A model generated the notes under the pieces. The model did no database searches. It saw only the letters and a program-made list of their open reading frames with translations, and was not told the origin of the DNA. Positions 47,174 through 56,781 of a stretch of DNA of 64,000 nt are shown in pieces (positions within the stretch are counted from its first letter, which is position 1; every line of letters starts with the position of its first letter). The stretch comes from Methanothrix sp. GTDB taxonomy: Archaea > Halobacteriota > Methanosarcinia > Methanotrichales > Methanotrichaceae. The DNA lies in NCBI GenBank assembly GCA_963682135.1, contig OY821645.1, positions 2,528,001-2,592,000 on the forward strand, in the 5' to 3' direction. Position numbers and translations under genes: made by a program.

Positions 47174-48454
47174 ATTAAACCCATTCTACAGGTGGCACTG
47201 GATCTTCTGGAGCTGGACAGATCAATTCAGATAGCTAAAGAGGCAGTCTCGGGCGGCGCAGACTGGATTGAGGCAGGAACGCCCCTTATCAAGAGCGAGG
47301 GCATGGACGCTGTGCGCGAGATGAAGAAGGCCCTGCCGGGAACCCGAATCTTGGCCGATATGAAGACGGTAGACACGGGAGCCATGGAGGTGGAGATGGC
47401 AGCCAAAGCAGGAGCCGATATTGTGGCATTGCTTGCCGTCTCCGATGACTCCACTATCGAAGATGCCCTGCGAGCTGCGCGAAAATACGGCGTGCAGATT
47501 ATGATGGACCTTCTCAGCGTTCCCGATCCCGTAAAGCGTTCTCGCGAGCTGGAAGCCCTCGGTGTGGACTATATCTGCGTTCACGTAGGCATTGACCAGC
47601 AGATGACCGGTCGCGACACAGTCGATTTCCTCAAAGAGATCGTAGGAGTGGTCAAGACCCCAGTAGCGGCAGCAGGCGGCATAGATCCCGTAACCGGTGC
47701 CGAGGCTGTCGCCAGCGGCGCTGCGATTGTCATTGTGGGTGGAAGCATTGTGAGAAGCGCCGATGTGACAGGATCCGCCCGCAAGATTCGCGATGCAATA
47801 GACCATGCACAAATGAATGCCGCTCCAAGAATGAGCCGGGAAGAGGAGATGGTCGCCATTTTGCGAGAGGTATCGTCGCCCAATATCTCTGATGCCATGC
47901 ACCGCAAAGGAGCCATGCGCGGCATCCTTCCCATTAATCTGGGATGCAAGATCGTAGGCAGGGCTATAACTGTGCAGACCTTTGCCGGAGACTGGGCCAA
48001 GCCCGTGGAGGCCATCGACCTGTGCGGACCTGGGGATGTGCTGGTTATCTATAACGGCAGCAACTTTATCGCACCCTGGGGGGGCCTTGCCACCTTGAGC
48101 AGCAAGAACAAAGGAATTGAAGGCGTGGTTATTGACGGAGCCGTGCGGGATGTGGATGAGATCAGAGATCTTAACTACCCCATATTCTCCTCCGGCATTA
48201 CACCCAATGCAGGCGACCCTAAGGGCCTGGGCGAGATCAACACCGAGATCACCTGCGGCGGCCAGACGGTGCGACCTGGGGACTACATTGTGGGAGACGA
48301 TAGCGGTGTCGTGGTAATACCCAAAGAGAGGGCCTACGAGATCGCCAGGAGAGCTAAAGAGGTGGAGAAGATGGAAAGCAGGCTATATGAGGAGATCCGG
48401 CGCGGCAAAACCCTCTCCCAGGTGGCCAACCTCAAAAAATGGGAGAAGGTTTGA
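47174..48454 (+). CDS. hxlA: 3-hexulose-6-phosphate synthase fused to RraA/HMG-aldolase-like domain
   Basis: (I)[36 protein letters not shown]; C-terminal ISDAM, WGGLA, DGAVRD, GDDSGVV. Start placed at ATT 47174 (first canonical start is GTG 47192). Confidence 0.92.
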   Translation: MKPILQVALDLLELDRSIQIAKEAVSGGADWIEAGTPLIKSEGMDAVREMKKALPGTRILADMKTVDTGAMEVEMAAKAGADIVALLAVSDDSTIEDALRAARKYGVQIMMDLLSVPDPVKRSRELEALGVDYICVHVGIDQQMTGRDTVDFLKEIVGVVKTPVAAAGGIDPVTGAEAVASGAAIVIVGGSIVRSADVTGSARKIRDAIDHAQMNAAPRMSREEEMVAILREVSSPNISDAMHRKGAMRGILPINLGCKIVGRAITVQTFAGDWAKPVEAIDLCGPGDVLVIYNGSNFIAPWGGLATLSSKNKGIEGVVIDGAVRDVDEIRDLNYPIFSSGITPNAGDPKGLGEINTEITCGGQTVRPGDYIVGDDSGVVVIPKERAYEIARRAKEVEKMESRLYEEIRRGKTLSQVANLKKWEKV

Positions 48455-48634
48455 GGAGGTTTCTGTCTCCGACGAATGGCTTTGAGGAGAATCATTGACG
48501 ACAAGCCGTAAATAGATTGAAATATTCTTATGAAGGCGCATAACCATCGAGCAAGACATTCGCAATAAAAGCATATTCGCAAAGTAATATTCATGTGGTG
48601 GGTTTAACAAAGAGTGAGTTCGAGGAGAAATAAC

Positions 48635-49525
48635 ATGGAATTGGAGGACATCGTTTCTAAGTACCCACCCAAGCAGATAATGCTGGTTCCTATCGCTATC
48701 ATAATATTAGCACTTATCAGCTTGGGCGCGACCTATCTTGCCACAGGCTCGCCTGTGAAGTTAGGGATAGAGTTTACGGGAGGCACTCTTCTCACAGTGC
48801 CGTCTGCAGAATCGGAAGAAATAGTGGCGCAGCAGTTTGCTTCTTATCCTCTGGTGGACATAAGAAACATCGGCGGCAGATACATGCTCCAATTCGGCCC
48901 TATGAGCGATTCGCAGTATGCTGATCTTGTCAAACTGGCCAATACCAATTACGATGGTCCGGAGATCAGGCACATTGGACCGATTTACAGCAAGGAGCTT
49001 CAGGCGCAGGTCGTCAGGTACCTTCCACTTTCGTTCCTATTGATGGCCATAGTGGTCTTCCTGGTGTTCAGGGAACCTATCGTTTCTCTGCTTATTGTGA
49101 TCAGTGCGCTGGCTGACATTTTGACGGCAGCGGCTTCCATGAACTTAACGGGCGTACAGCTCTCACTGGGAACCGTGGCTGCTCTTCTCATGCTCATCGG
49201 CTATTCAGTCGATACCGATATCCTGCTATCCATGAGGGTATTGAAGCGCAAGGGCAACGTGGAAGAGAAGATCATAGGTGCAATGGGGACTGGCCTCACC
49301 ATGGCTGGAACCACAATTTGTGCGGTAATATCTTTGATCATAGTCTCAAACTTCCTGTACCTCATAGTACCATCATTTACTCGAATGGACATTATTGCCG
49401 ATATGTCTGCCGTCCTAATATTCGGATTGGCGGCGGATGTATTCAACACCTGGGTCACCAATGCTCAGGGTCTGAGATGGTACCTAAATAGGCCTAAGAA
49501 GACCGCCAGGGGGCAGAGAAGATGA
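48635..49525 (+). CDS. secF: Protein-export membrane protein SecF
   Basis: LGIEFTGG, IGYSVDTDILL, multiple TM helices. Confidence 0.95.
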   Translation: MELEDIVSKYPPKQIMLVPIAIIILALISLGATYLATGSPVKLGIEFTGGTLLTVPSAESEEIVAQQFASYPLVDIRNIGGRYMLQFGPMSDSQYADLVKLANTNYDGPEIRHIGPIYSKELQAQVVRYLPLSFLLMAIVVFLVFREPIVSLLIVISALADILTAAASMNLTGVQLSLGTVAALLMLIGYSVDTDILLSMRVLKRKGNVEEKIIGAMGTGLTMAGTTICAVISLIIVSNFLYLIVPSFTRMDIIADMSAVLIFGLAADVFNTWVTNAQGLRWYLNRPKKTARGQRR

Positions 49526-51204
49526 GCCTTTTCGAGGAATTATCCAAAGATCGAAGGGTCATTCTATATGCGGTGTTCGTGGCTTTGGCCATCATTTCCA
49601 TTGGCTTTTTCGGTTTGAAGTTCGGACTGGATCTGGAAGGAGGCTCATATCTGCAGCTGCAATTGCAGGGAGCAGAAGCACAAATCGATGTCTCGCCGGA
49701 AAAGATTCTGGAAATGCAGTTTAATGCTTCCTCTGTAGAGAAGCACGGACAGAGCTATGTGGTGACGGTGCCGGAAGTTGTCGATTCAGCATTTGCCGAT
49801 GATCTCGGCTACATGGGCTCGAAGATCGCAAAAGGAGATAACAGCACCAAAGTCACAATAGTAGCTGCACCTGAGACTATCGTTATCAATTACCTTAAGA
49901 AAAATCTGGATGCAGATGTCCAGCTTAATGTGGCAGTCGCACCCGTCCGCTATGAGATCCGGACTAATGTCACCCGAGAATCGCTAGATGCTCTCTTGGC
50001 TCCCGTGGGCGGACGAGTGCCCGCAGGCGAAGACGCATTTGTAATGGGTGTGTCCAAGGAGACTGTGGACGAGACTAAGAAGGTTTTAGACTCCAAGCTC
50101 AACCGACTGGGCCTTCAGGATATAAAGGTCAGAGTTGTCGATAATAAGTACATACTCATTGATCTGGCGGGAATGGATGTAGCCACTGCCCAGGAGGTAG
50201 TGGGCAAGCCCGGCAAGTTCGAGATAAGAATTCAGACCGAGAACAATGAGAGCATGCATGTGCTCTACGGAGATGCCGTGGAGACTGTGGATATCCCCCA
50301 GGGAGAACGCAATGGTGGATGGGGAGTTCCCTTTGTTCTCTCAGAAGAAGGGGCGATGACCTTCCAAAAGGCGGCAATTGATACAGGTGCCACCAAGAGG
50401 CCTGAGGATCATTACATATCCATGTATCTGGATAAGGATGAGATCTTTTCCGCACCACTTGCACCAGAGCTGGCAAGCAGTCTGCAAAAGGTTCCATCTC
50501 GAAGCATGCAGGCAACCGTTGGTGGAGGCGATGCTGGATCTACCAAGGCCAAGGAGCTTTACATTCACCTGCGTGAAGGCGCTCTGCCGGTTAACGTAGA
50601 GGTTGTCGGCTCAGGCCAGGTCTCTGCTGCTTTGGGAAGGCAGTTCAAGTTGCAGATGGTAATAGCTGGGCTGATTGCTCTCCTGGCCGTAGCGGGCATG
50701 ATTTTCTACCGCTACCGGGAGAGAAGAATTGTCCTGCCTATGGTTACCACCTCGTTCTCCGAGGTCGTGATGATGCTGGGTGTCTGGGCTGTTGCCGGAT
50801 GGCAGCTTGATCTGGCAAGCCTTGCCGGTATCATCATGGTGATAGGCACAGGCGTTGATCAGCTGGTCATCATCACCGATGAGCTAATGAAAGGCGGTGA
50901 AGGGGTGGCATCCTCTGTTGAGCGCAGCATCAAAGAGAGAGCTGCAGAGGCGGCTGAGAAGGCCGGGGTGGGCAAGATGGCCGCCACCAGCAGCAAGGTC
51001 TATTTGGCCCGGCTGTCCAGGGCTTTCCTCATCATCCTGGGAGCTGCGGCAACCACAGCTGTAGCCATGCTGCCATTGCTTGTCATGGGCTTCGGCTCGC
51101 TCACCGGATTTGCACTCATCATCATCCTGGGTGTGATTCTGGGCACGTTCATAGCGAGACCAGCTTACGGCAGGATCATCGGTCACATACTGGCCACGGA
51201 TTAG
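49522..51204 (+). CDS. secD: Protein-export membrane protein SecD
   Basis: FGLDLEGG, HLREGALP, IGTGVDQLVIITDE, RPAY. Confidence 0.95.
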   Translation: MSLFEELSKDRRVILYAVFVALAIISIGFFGLKFGLDLEGGSYLQLQLQGAEAQIDVSPEKILEMQFNASSVEKHGQSYVVTVPEVVDSAFADDLGYMGSKIAKGDNSTKVTIVAAPETIVINYLKKNLDADVQLNVAVAPVRYEIRTNVTRESLDALLAPVGGRVPAGEDAFVMGVSKETVDETKKVLDSKLNRLGLQDIKVRVVDNKYILIDLAGMDVATAQEVVGKPGKFEIRIQTENNESMHVLYGDAVETVDIPQGERNGGWGVPFVLSEEGAMTFQKAAIDTGATKRPEDHYISMYLDKDEIFSAPLAPELASSLQKVPSRSMQATVGGGDAGSTKAKELYIHLREGALPVNVEVVGSGQVSAALGRQFKLQMVIAGLIALLAVAGMIFYRYRERRIVLPMVTTSFSEVVMMLGVWAVAGWQLDLASLAGIIMVIGTGVDQLVIITDELMKGGEGVASSVERSIKERAAEAAEKAGVGKMAATSSKVYLARLSRAFLIILGAAATTAVAMLPLLVMGFGSLTGFALIIILGVILGTFIARPAYGRIIGHILATD

Positions 51205-51330
51205 ACGAGAGAAGAAAACGCCTGCAGGTCGAGCGGACCTGCAGGATATATTTTATCGGTTCCTTGCTATTTTATGTGGGCAGATTGAACTGCAATTTTC
51301 CAAGTCTAAGATAACAGTGGCAAATGACCT

Positions 51331-51445
51331 CTACATTATTTCGACGCACTGTCTGACCAAGGATTTGCGCATCTCTAACTCAGAGGCAATATTTTCTGCG
51401 GGAATCCCATCGCCATGAAGCTTTAGAACTTTTTTAACTTGTAGG
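51331..51445 (-). pseudogene. C-terminal HTH fragment of a disrupted gene (DUF1670-like tail)
   Basis: QVKKVLKLHGDGIPAENIASELEMRKSLVRQCVEIM* reads like a terminal HTH; its upstream part is replaced by the hairpin element. Confidence 0.4.
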
Positions 51446-51544
51446 ATTGCGAAGGGCGGATTTCGCGGACCGCGGGTCCGCGAGAGTTTCGACGAGAAGT
51501 CGAAACATCGGTAAGTCCCCATCCTTCAGGACGCGGTAGTTCAC
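51446..51544 (+). mobile_element. Non-autonomous IS200/IS605-type remnant (right end with hairpins)
   Basis: Ends AAGTCCCCATCCTTCAGGACGCGGTAGTTCAC, resembling tnpB-element right ends; preceded by two perfect hairpins (51463-51483, 51486-51506). Left boundary approximate. Confidence 0.6.
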
Positions 51545-51547
51545 TTA

Positions 51548-52219
51548 CTATTTGCGATAGCCAATGCTGATGCGCCCCGATGAAGCGTCCTTCTCCAAAA
51601 CGCCGCCTTTCTTAGAGCTGCCTATCACAAAACTGGACCTGGAACTGCCTATTTGGGATGAGTTGGAGGACTGCTCGGCAAGGGTCTTCTCTTCAGTCTG
51701 CTGCGCTTTTTCCAGCATGGCCATTAGCTGAGATCTCTTCTCTCCCGGCGGAAAGACAGGTGGCGGTTTCCACCAAACGGATGGATCGAATTCATTATTA
51801 GGGTCGTCATTTTGCCTGGCATAGCCTTCTTCCACAAGGATCCTGTTTACGGGCGGCCAGACCGGGCGGTAATCCGAATCCATAAGATAAATGACACAGA
51901 TGAGCTGGCTCCAAACGTTGCGCGTGGTGTTGTTGTTGTCATTAATATCCAGATATACCATTTTGTTCTTGAGCAACGAAAGGGCATATTTTTGGGAGGC
52001 TTTGCCTTGGTCTGTTACGGTTGAGGGGGCCTGTATATCGGCCAGTTTGATGCTGTCGATGTCCTCTGTTCTCGCATCCGCTATCAGCATCTCTATGCCC
52101 AGTGAGTCGCCGCTGATGACGCTCACCACCCGTCCGACAGCCTCATCAGGCAGCCCGAAAGCAGGGGGCATGAAAGACAAAGCTGATAGCAAAACCAATA
52201 AGGCCAACTGACGCATCAT
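51548..52219 (-). CDS. Secreted thermonuclease (SNase) homologue, apparently degenerate
   Basis: Signal peptide; VVSVISGDSL, IKLADIQAP, L.NKMVYLDI, VNRILVEEGYA, NNEFDP..W. Confidence 0.8.
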   Translation of the reverse strand: MMRQLALLVLLSALSFMPPAFGLPDEAVGRVVSVISGDSLGIEMLIADARTEDIDSIKLADIQAPSTVTDQGKASQKYALSLLKNKMVYLDINDNNNTTRNVWSQLICVIYLMDSDYRPVWPPVNRILVEEGYARQNDDPNNEFDPSVWWKPPPVFPPGEKRSQLMAMLEKAQQTEEKTLAEQSSNSSQIGSSRSSFVIGSSKKGGVLEKDASSGRISIGYRK

Positions 52220-52336
52220 GATAATCCTTGATTGTCCTGCGGCTTTAAAATTTATAATGGTTCCCCTCGACATGACTGCCATTTTGCTTAAAGTCGATAG
52301 GCCTTCGTGCTGTGAGCCAGGGTCTTAGAGTGCATG

Positions 52337-52882
52337 CTAAAGCAGACTGTTCTTGCATTTCCCATTAAACGAACAGTGGAGGCATCTTTGTTTGTAGTTG
52401 TGCCCTCTCTTGGGACAGTCGTGTCCTATTGACCTTTTCATCTCGTCTACCGTTGCCAGCAAATAGGAGCGCAGGGTTTTATCGAAATTGATTCTATGCT
52501 GCACTCCATCGGAATAGACAATTATCCCGTAAGGTACTGACCGGCGGTAGTTCTCTTCCACCAGGTAGCAGTATGCCGCCAATTGCATTATGTGGTTTTT
52601 ATGGGGCTCCTTGGCCCGACCGCTCTTGATCTCCACGGGAATCAAGCTGCGGCCTTTGCCTTTTACTATGTAATCCGGCTTGCCGCTGATTCCCAGATTT
52701 TTGGAATACAGGGCCTTTCCCGGGCGATCCAGATCTGAGTAGATTACCTTTCCCTCGGGGATGCCATAAACCATTCGCATGTTTTTGGCTGAGGATGACT
52801 CTCTCTTTGACAGCAATTGGAAGGTAGCGGCCAAGATTATTAGAGATAAAACAAAGATTAGATATAAGTCCATAAAAGCCAT
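52337..52882 (-). CDS. Cas4-like PD-(D/E)xK nuclease, C-terminal half with N-terminal TM helix
   Basis: GISGKPDY, PVEIKSG, QLAAYC, C-terminal CLHCSFNGKC; hydrophobic N-terminus. Confidence 0.88.
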   Translation of the reverse strand: MAFMDLYLIFVLSLIILAATFQLLSKRESSSAKNMRMVYGIPEGKVIYSDLDRPGKALYSKNLGISGKPDYIVKGKGRSLIPVEIKSGRAKEPHKNHIMQLAAYCYLVEENYRRSVPYGIIVYSDGVQHRINFDKTLRSYLLATVDEMKRSIGHDCPKRGHNYKQRCLHCSFNGKCKNSLL

Positions 52883-53130
52883 CCTGCAATTAAAATAGCA
52901 GCAATCAGAGAGATGTAGCCCAGCAACCGGAATAAGTCGGCTGCTCTCTCCCTTCTATCCAGGAGTGTCAGCCTGCCCCCAGCTTTCTGATGCATATCGA
53001 TTCCTCTCTTCAGGCCGAATGACTGCGGCTCCACTCCCGTTCTCTTCAGGTACCAGGACACAGGGCAGTAGACATATTGTGATATCTCTGATGCCGATAT
53101 TGCCTTGTATCCGTTTTTGCGTTTTAGCAT
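52858..53130 (-). CDS. Cas4-like N-terminal half with C-terminal TM helix
   Basis: ISASEISQYVYCPVSWYL and GIDMH match the Cas4 N-terminus; ends LLGYISLIAAILIAGWLLW. Confidence 0.8.
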   Translation of the reverse strand: MLKRKNGYKAISASEISQYVYCPVSWYLKRTGVEPQSFGLKRGIDMHQKAGGRLTLLDRRERAADLFRLLGYISLIAAILIAGWLLWTYI

Positions 53131-53202
53131 AATGATTTTAACCAGAACCCGATTAGAGATAAAGGTATCATATTAATAGAAGCCCTTCTTTATTCCTATC
53201 AG

Positions 53203-54204
53203 ATGGCGGATGAATCACTGGGTTTGAAGGTTAGCCGAAAAAATGGCGAGAAGATTCGTAGGACTCTCATAGAGATGGGCCTCTTTGATCGCTGCCGCAA
53301 GATTTGCTCGGATGAATCCCATGTTTACCTGCCCGTCTTGGAGATTGACGAAAAGTCAGCGGCAAAGCTAGGCAGCATTGGGCAGTTTGAATTAGTGGAT
53401 TTTGGTTTCCTGCCGGAAGAGAGAATAATCAGCCCTGAGGATCTTCTGGGCTTTCGGCCCAGCTTCGAGGTGGTGGGCGACATTGCCATGGTGGAAGATC
53501 GTGATGCAGAGCGTGTGGCTGCTGCCCTCATGTCCACTTGCAAGAGCATAAAGACCGTCATTGCCCCCATCTCTGATGTGGAAGGAGAATTTCGCACCCG
53601 CCGCTTCCGGCATGTGGCCGGGGAGGCTCGCACCGTTACCCTTCACAAGGAGCATGGCCTGCGCTACCGGGTGGACCTGGAGGGGGCCTATTTCACTCCC
53701 CGCCTGGGCACGGAGAGGCTACGCATTGCCGGCCTGGTCTCGCCAGGTGAGGTCGTGCTGGATATGTTCGCAGGCGTGGGGCCATTTTCTCTGCTCCTGG
53801 CCAAAAAAGGGGCAAAAGTCATCGCCATGGACAAGAATCCTGTGGCTGTGAAATACCTGCGCGAAAATGCGCTTTTAAACAAAGTAAATGGCATCGAGAT
53901 TCTGGAAGGCGATGCAGCAGAGCTTGCTCTGCGCTACGAGAATCGGGCGGATCACGTTATTATGAACCTTCCACACAGCGCCTGCGAATTTCTCATTCCA
54001 GCTATGAGAGCGGCAAAGTCCCAAGGAATGGTCCATTATTACTGTATAGCACCAGATGATGATCTCTACAGGGATCTGGCTCTGATAAAAAAAGCGGCAG
54101 AGGAGATGGATCTCGGCGCGGAGGTGCTCTACAAAGAGATAGTGAGAAGCTATGCGCCGCACAGAAGCAATGTGGTCATTGACTTTCGGCTTTTTAAATC
54201 ATGA
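53203..54204 (+). CDS. tRNA methyltransferase Trm5/Taw2 family
   Basis: FEVVGDIA, GEFRTR, HKEHG, YFTPRLGTER, DMFAGVGPF, IMNLP, VRSYAP. Confidence 0.92.
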   Translation: MADESLGLKVSRKNGEKIRRTLIEMGLFDRCRKICSDESHVYLPVLEIDEKSAAKLGSIGQFELVDFGFLPEERIISPEDLLGFRPSFEVVGDIAMVEDRDAERVAAALMSTCKSIKTVIAPISDVEGEFRTRRFRHVAGEARTVTLHKEHGLRYRVDLEGAYFTPRLGTERLRIAGLVSPGEVVLDMFAGVGPFSLLLAKKGAKVIAMDKNPVAVKYLRENALLNKVNGIEILEGDAAELALRYENRADHVIMNLPHSACEFLIPAMRAAKSQGMVHYYCIAPDDDLYRDLALIKKAAEEMDLGAEVLYKEIVRSYAPHRSNVVIDFRLFKS

Positions 54205-54263
54205 GCAGCACTTTTTTAGGGGGAGCGGACACATTCATAGGTTTGAGCAAGAGGTGTTGTATA

Positions 54264-54755
54264 ATGAAAAAAGCAATGGCATTAATAGTGCTGCTATTCG
54301 TTGCCATGAGTATGGCTGATGCAGCTCAACAGGTAAGCCGTCCTGGTAATTCGATTGCATCAATGCAAAAGCTAAAGCTGGATGCGGCTACTATCGACAT
54401 CATTTTAATAAAGATCGCGCCGGCATCACCTGGAAACAGCGAGCCGGTAAATGTGGGTGTCAAGGTCGTATCCAGTTTGACAGGTCAGGATATTTGCGGA
54501 TTGGAGGCAACTAATTTCAACTTGGAGACTCTAACCGTGCCGCCGGGCGGTCCTGCCATAGTTATAAAAAATATCTATCCCACCTCGTCGGTTGCGATAA
54601 ACCAACCAGTAAGTTGCGATTATTGGCTGGATATGGTACCTACCTCATATCAGGGCAACCAATATACCTGGTTGACCGGAACGTATACCCTCAAATTGAA
54701 TTATATTGTAGATGGACAGCAGCTCGCCAGCAAGACGTTCAGCTTTAGAGTCTGA
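54264..54755 (+). CDS. Secreted hypothetical protein
   Basis: MKKAMALIVLLFVAMSMADA signal peptide after GAGGTG; beta-rich body. Confidence 0.75.
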   Translation: MKKAMALIVLLFVAMSMADAAQQVSRPGNSIASMQKLKLDAATIDIILIKIAPASPGNSEPVNVGVKVVSSLTGQDICGLEATNFNLETLTVPPGGPAIVIKNIYPTSSVAINQPVSCDYWLDMVPTSYQGNQYTWLTGTYTLKLNYIVDGQQLASKTFSFRV

Positions 54756-55004
54756 GATTTATAGAAGGAGTGAGGCAAAAGTCTACTGGACGCAGGAGGG
54801 AAGATGGCCATCGACTTATGCCAATACTCTTTACGTTAATTAACGGATATAAGGCTTTCGCCTCAAGGATGAGTCCGGATGATAACAGGTCCCAGGCGGG
54901 CCGGCGCTCGATCAGCAGCACCCTTGGCAGAGCAGCAAATCTGCAGATGCTCAAAACCTAATAATAAAATAGATGGAGGTTTAGCTGAGCCTGTCTGCGT
55001 TGGC

Positions 55005-55412
55005 TCAGGCTGAAATCTTGCTCTTGGCGATGTACTTGATCAGCTCAGTTCCGATCCTGGACTTTCTCTGAATCTGATCGGCCACCTCGTCAGCAGATGC
55101 GCCGCCTGCAGCCAGGGCGCGAATCTCCTCAAGCGTGCTGTCATCCACGGTGAAATATTCATCCAGGTCCTTTCTGTGGCCCCATACGTCGCCTTCCAGC
55201 ATATCAATGCCTTGCATCTCCAGGAATACCTGGATGGCATTGGACATGGTCTTGCGGTAGGATGGCGGAACCTGAATCATTCTCAGCCTGGGGCATCTCT
55301 GCATCAGGTTAAGGAAATCTACATTACTGGCCCGAAAAGCCAGATGAACCGTCTTCTCATTGGGGTTTAGATTGGGGATCTCATTTCTGGCGCTGATTAC
55401 TCTAAGTCTCAT
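55005..55412 (-). CDS. DUF1699 family protein
   Basis: RVISARNEIPNLNPNE..VHLAFRASN, EGDVWGHRKD.DEY. Confidence 0.85.
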   Translation of the reverse strand: MRLRVISARNEIPNLNPNEKTVHLAFRASNVDFLNLMQRCPRLRMIQVPPSYRKTMSNAIQVFLEMQGIDMLEGDVWGHRKDLDEYFTVDDSTLEEIRALAAGGASADEVADQIQRKSRIGTELIKYIAKSKISA

Positions 55413-55538
55413 TTTATCACTCCAGACCATAAAAGGCATTCATAATATTAATAGACACTTTCGCTGTACACATCATACCAAAACGATTGCTATAGATGCA
55501 ATCATGGCCAAAAATCTGGGAAGAATCGCGAAAGCATA

Positions 55539-55717
55539 TTAATCAGATTGAGACATCCAGTCCAGGTAAGCCTGATGGCCCGCGATGATAGGCAAGGCAA
55601 TGATATGTTCACGCAGGCAGCCAGCCGCTCCTCCACCAATGTTTTTGCCAGGGCCTCTGCCTCACCTTGGGGGGCGGTGCAAAACACTACCACAAAATCA
55701 TTTTCCGGCTGGCTCAT
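55539..55717 (-). pseudogene. cutA: CutA divalent-cation tolerance protein, internally deleted
   Basis: VVVFCTAP...LVEERLAACVNI joined out of frame to IIALPIIAGHQAYLDWMSQSD*; the central part is missing. Confidence 0.85.
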
Positions 55718-56108
55718 CCTGTCCCACCCAGTGTTTTCCATTCTTTCCCAGCTCTTTCTTCCAGAGGGGTGCTCTCTTTTTCAGCTCTTCAATTATGTAT
55801 CGGCAACCGGAAAAAGCCTCCTCCCTGTGACCGGCTGAGCAGACTATGGCCACTATGCTCTCACCAACTGCAAGTGAGCCCGTCCGGTGCACGATTTCTA
55901 CGGCCTTGAGAGCAAAGCGGCTCATAGCTTCCTCTTGGATCGCTTCCAGCTCAGCAATCGCAGCCTCCCGAAAGGCCTCCACCTCCAACCTCTCTATGCC
56001 GTCATCCCTGACCGTGCCCAGGAATGTGACCATAGCTCCGGCATCCTTGCTCTTCGCCCTTTCTATCATCTCTTGCAGGGAGATCTCCTCTTCAGTGATC
56101 TCGATCAT
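55698..56108 (-). CDS. moaE: Molybdopterin synthase catalytic subunit MoaE
   Basis: GAMVTFLGTVR, HRTGSL.VGE, HREEAF, KKRAPLWKKE. Confidence 0.95.
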   Translation of the reverse strand: MIEITEEEISLQEMIERAKSKDAGAMVTFLGTVRDDGIERLEVEAFREAAIAELEAIQEEAMSRFALKAVEIVHRTGSLAVGESIVAIVCSAGHREEAFSGCRYIIEELKKRAPLWKKELGKNGKHWVGQDEPAGK

Positions 56109-56114
56109 GAGGCT

Positions 56115-56393
56115 TTAGCCTCCGGCCAGAGGCGGGAAGATGGCCAGCTCGTCTCCATCTTGAAGCGGTCTGGACAGCTCCCGGGCAGGATCTATCCTCT
56201 TTCGGTTGACCATGAGCAGAACATAATCGCGAAGAGCGCCTGTATCGTCAAAGGCCGCGTCCTTAAACGCCTGCTTGGCAACAGCCAGCTCTTCCAGCAG
56301 ATCTCTTATCGTTGCACCCTCTAACAAGTGCAGTTCTCTCTCTTTTCCGAGAATCTCCCGGAAGCCTGCAAACGCCAGAACAACAATTCGCAT
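56115..56393 (-). CDS. MoaD/SAMP1-like ubiquitin-like sulfur carrier
   Basis: LQDGDELAIFPPLAGG C-terminal diglycine. Confidence 0.93.
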   Translation of the reverse strand: MRIVVLAFAGFREILGKERELHLLEGATIRDLLEELAVAKQAFKDAAFDDTGALRDYVLLMVNRKRIDPARELSRPLQDGDELAIFPPLAGG

Positions 56394-56409
56394 GTCTTTC
56401 AGCCACGCT

Positions 56410-56781
56410 TTATTTTTTATACATATCAGCAAAGCTGGCCGGAGACGATCCTGAATCTGCTTTGGCTCTCAGGCCGCCCGACTTCAGGGACTTCTTGATC
56501 TTCTCCGTCTCATTTTCCCGCAGACGGGCAATCTCTTCTTCTGAATCGATACCCATAACAAATGTGCCGTGGCAGGGCTTAACATAGGTGAAGAGCATCT
56601 CCGTGCCTCGCACGCCCATGGCTACGGGCGGCACGCCGATGATGTAGTAATCCTTGAAGATCTTGTAGCCGGGATCGACGTAATAAACCTCGTCCGAGTT
56701 CTTCTCGATATACTCGCGTGCTTCCTTGAAGGAGGTGCGCTCCAGGTGCAGCTTGTACTTCATCTGCTCGATGCAGCTCAT
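56410..56781 (-). CDS. DUF1894 family protein
   Basis: MSCIE, SFKEAREYI, IIGVPP, YVKPCHGTF. Confidence 0.8.
   Translation of the reverse strand: MSCIEQMKYKLHLERTSFKEAREYIEKNSDEVYYVDPGYKIFKDYYIIGVPPVAMGVRGTEMLFTYVKPCHGTFVMGIDSEEEIARLRENETEKIKKSLKSGGLRAKADSGSSPASFADMYKK

Noticed and set aside
51200-53200. CRISPR array or cas operon near the Cas4-like genes
   Set aside because: No regularly spaced direct repeats and no other cas genes were seen in the window.
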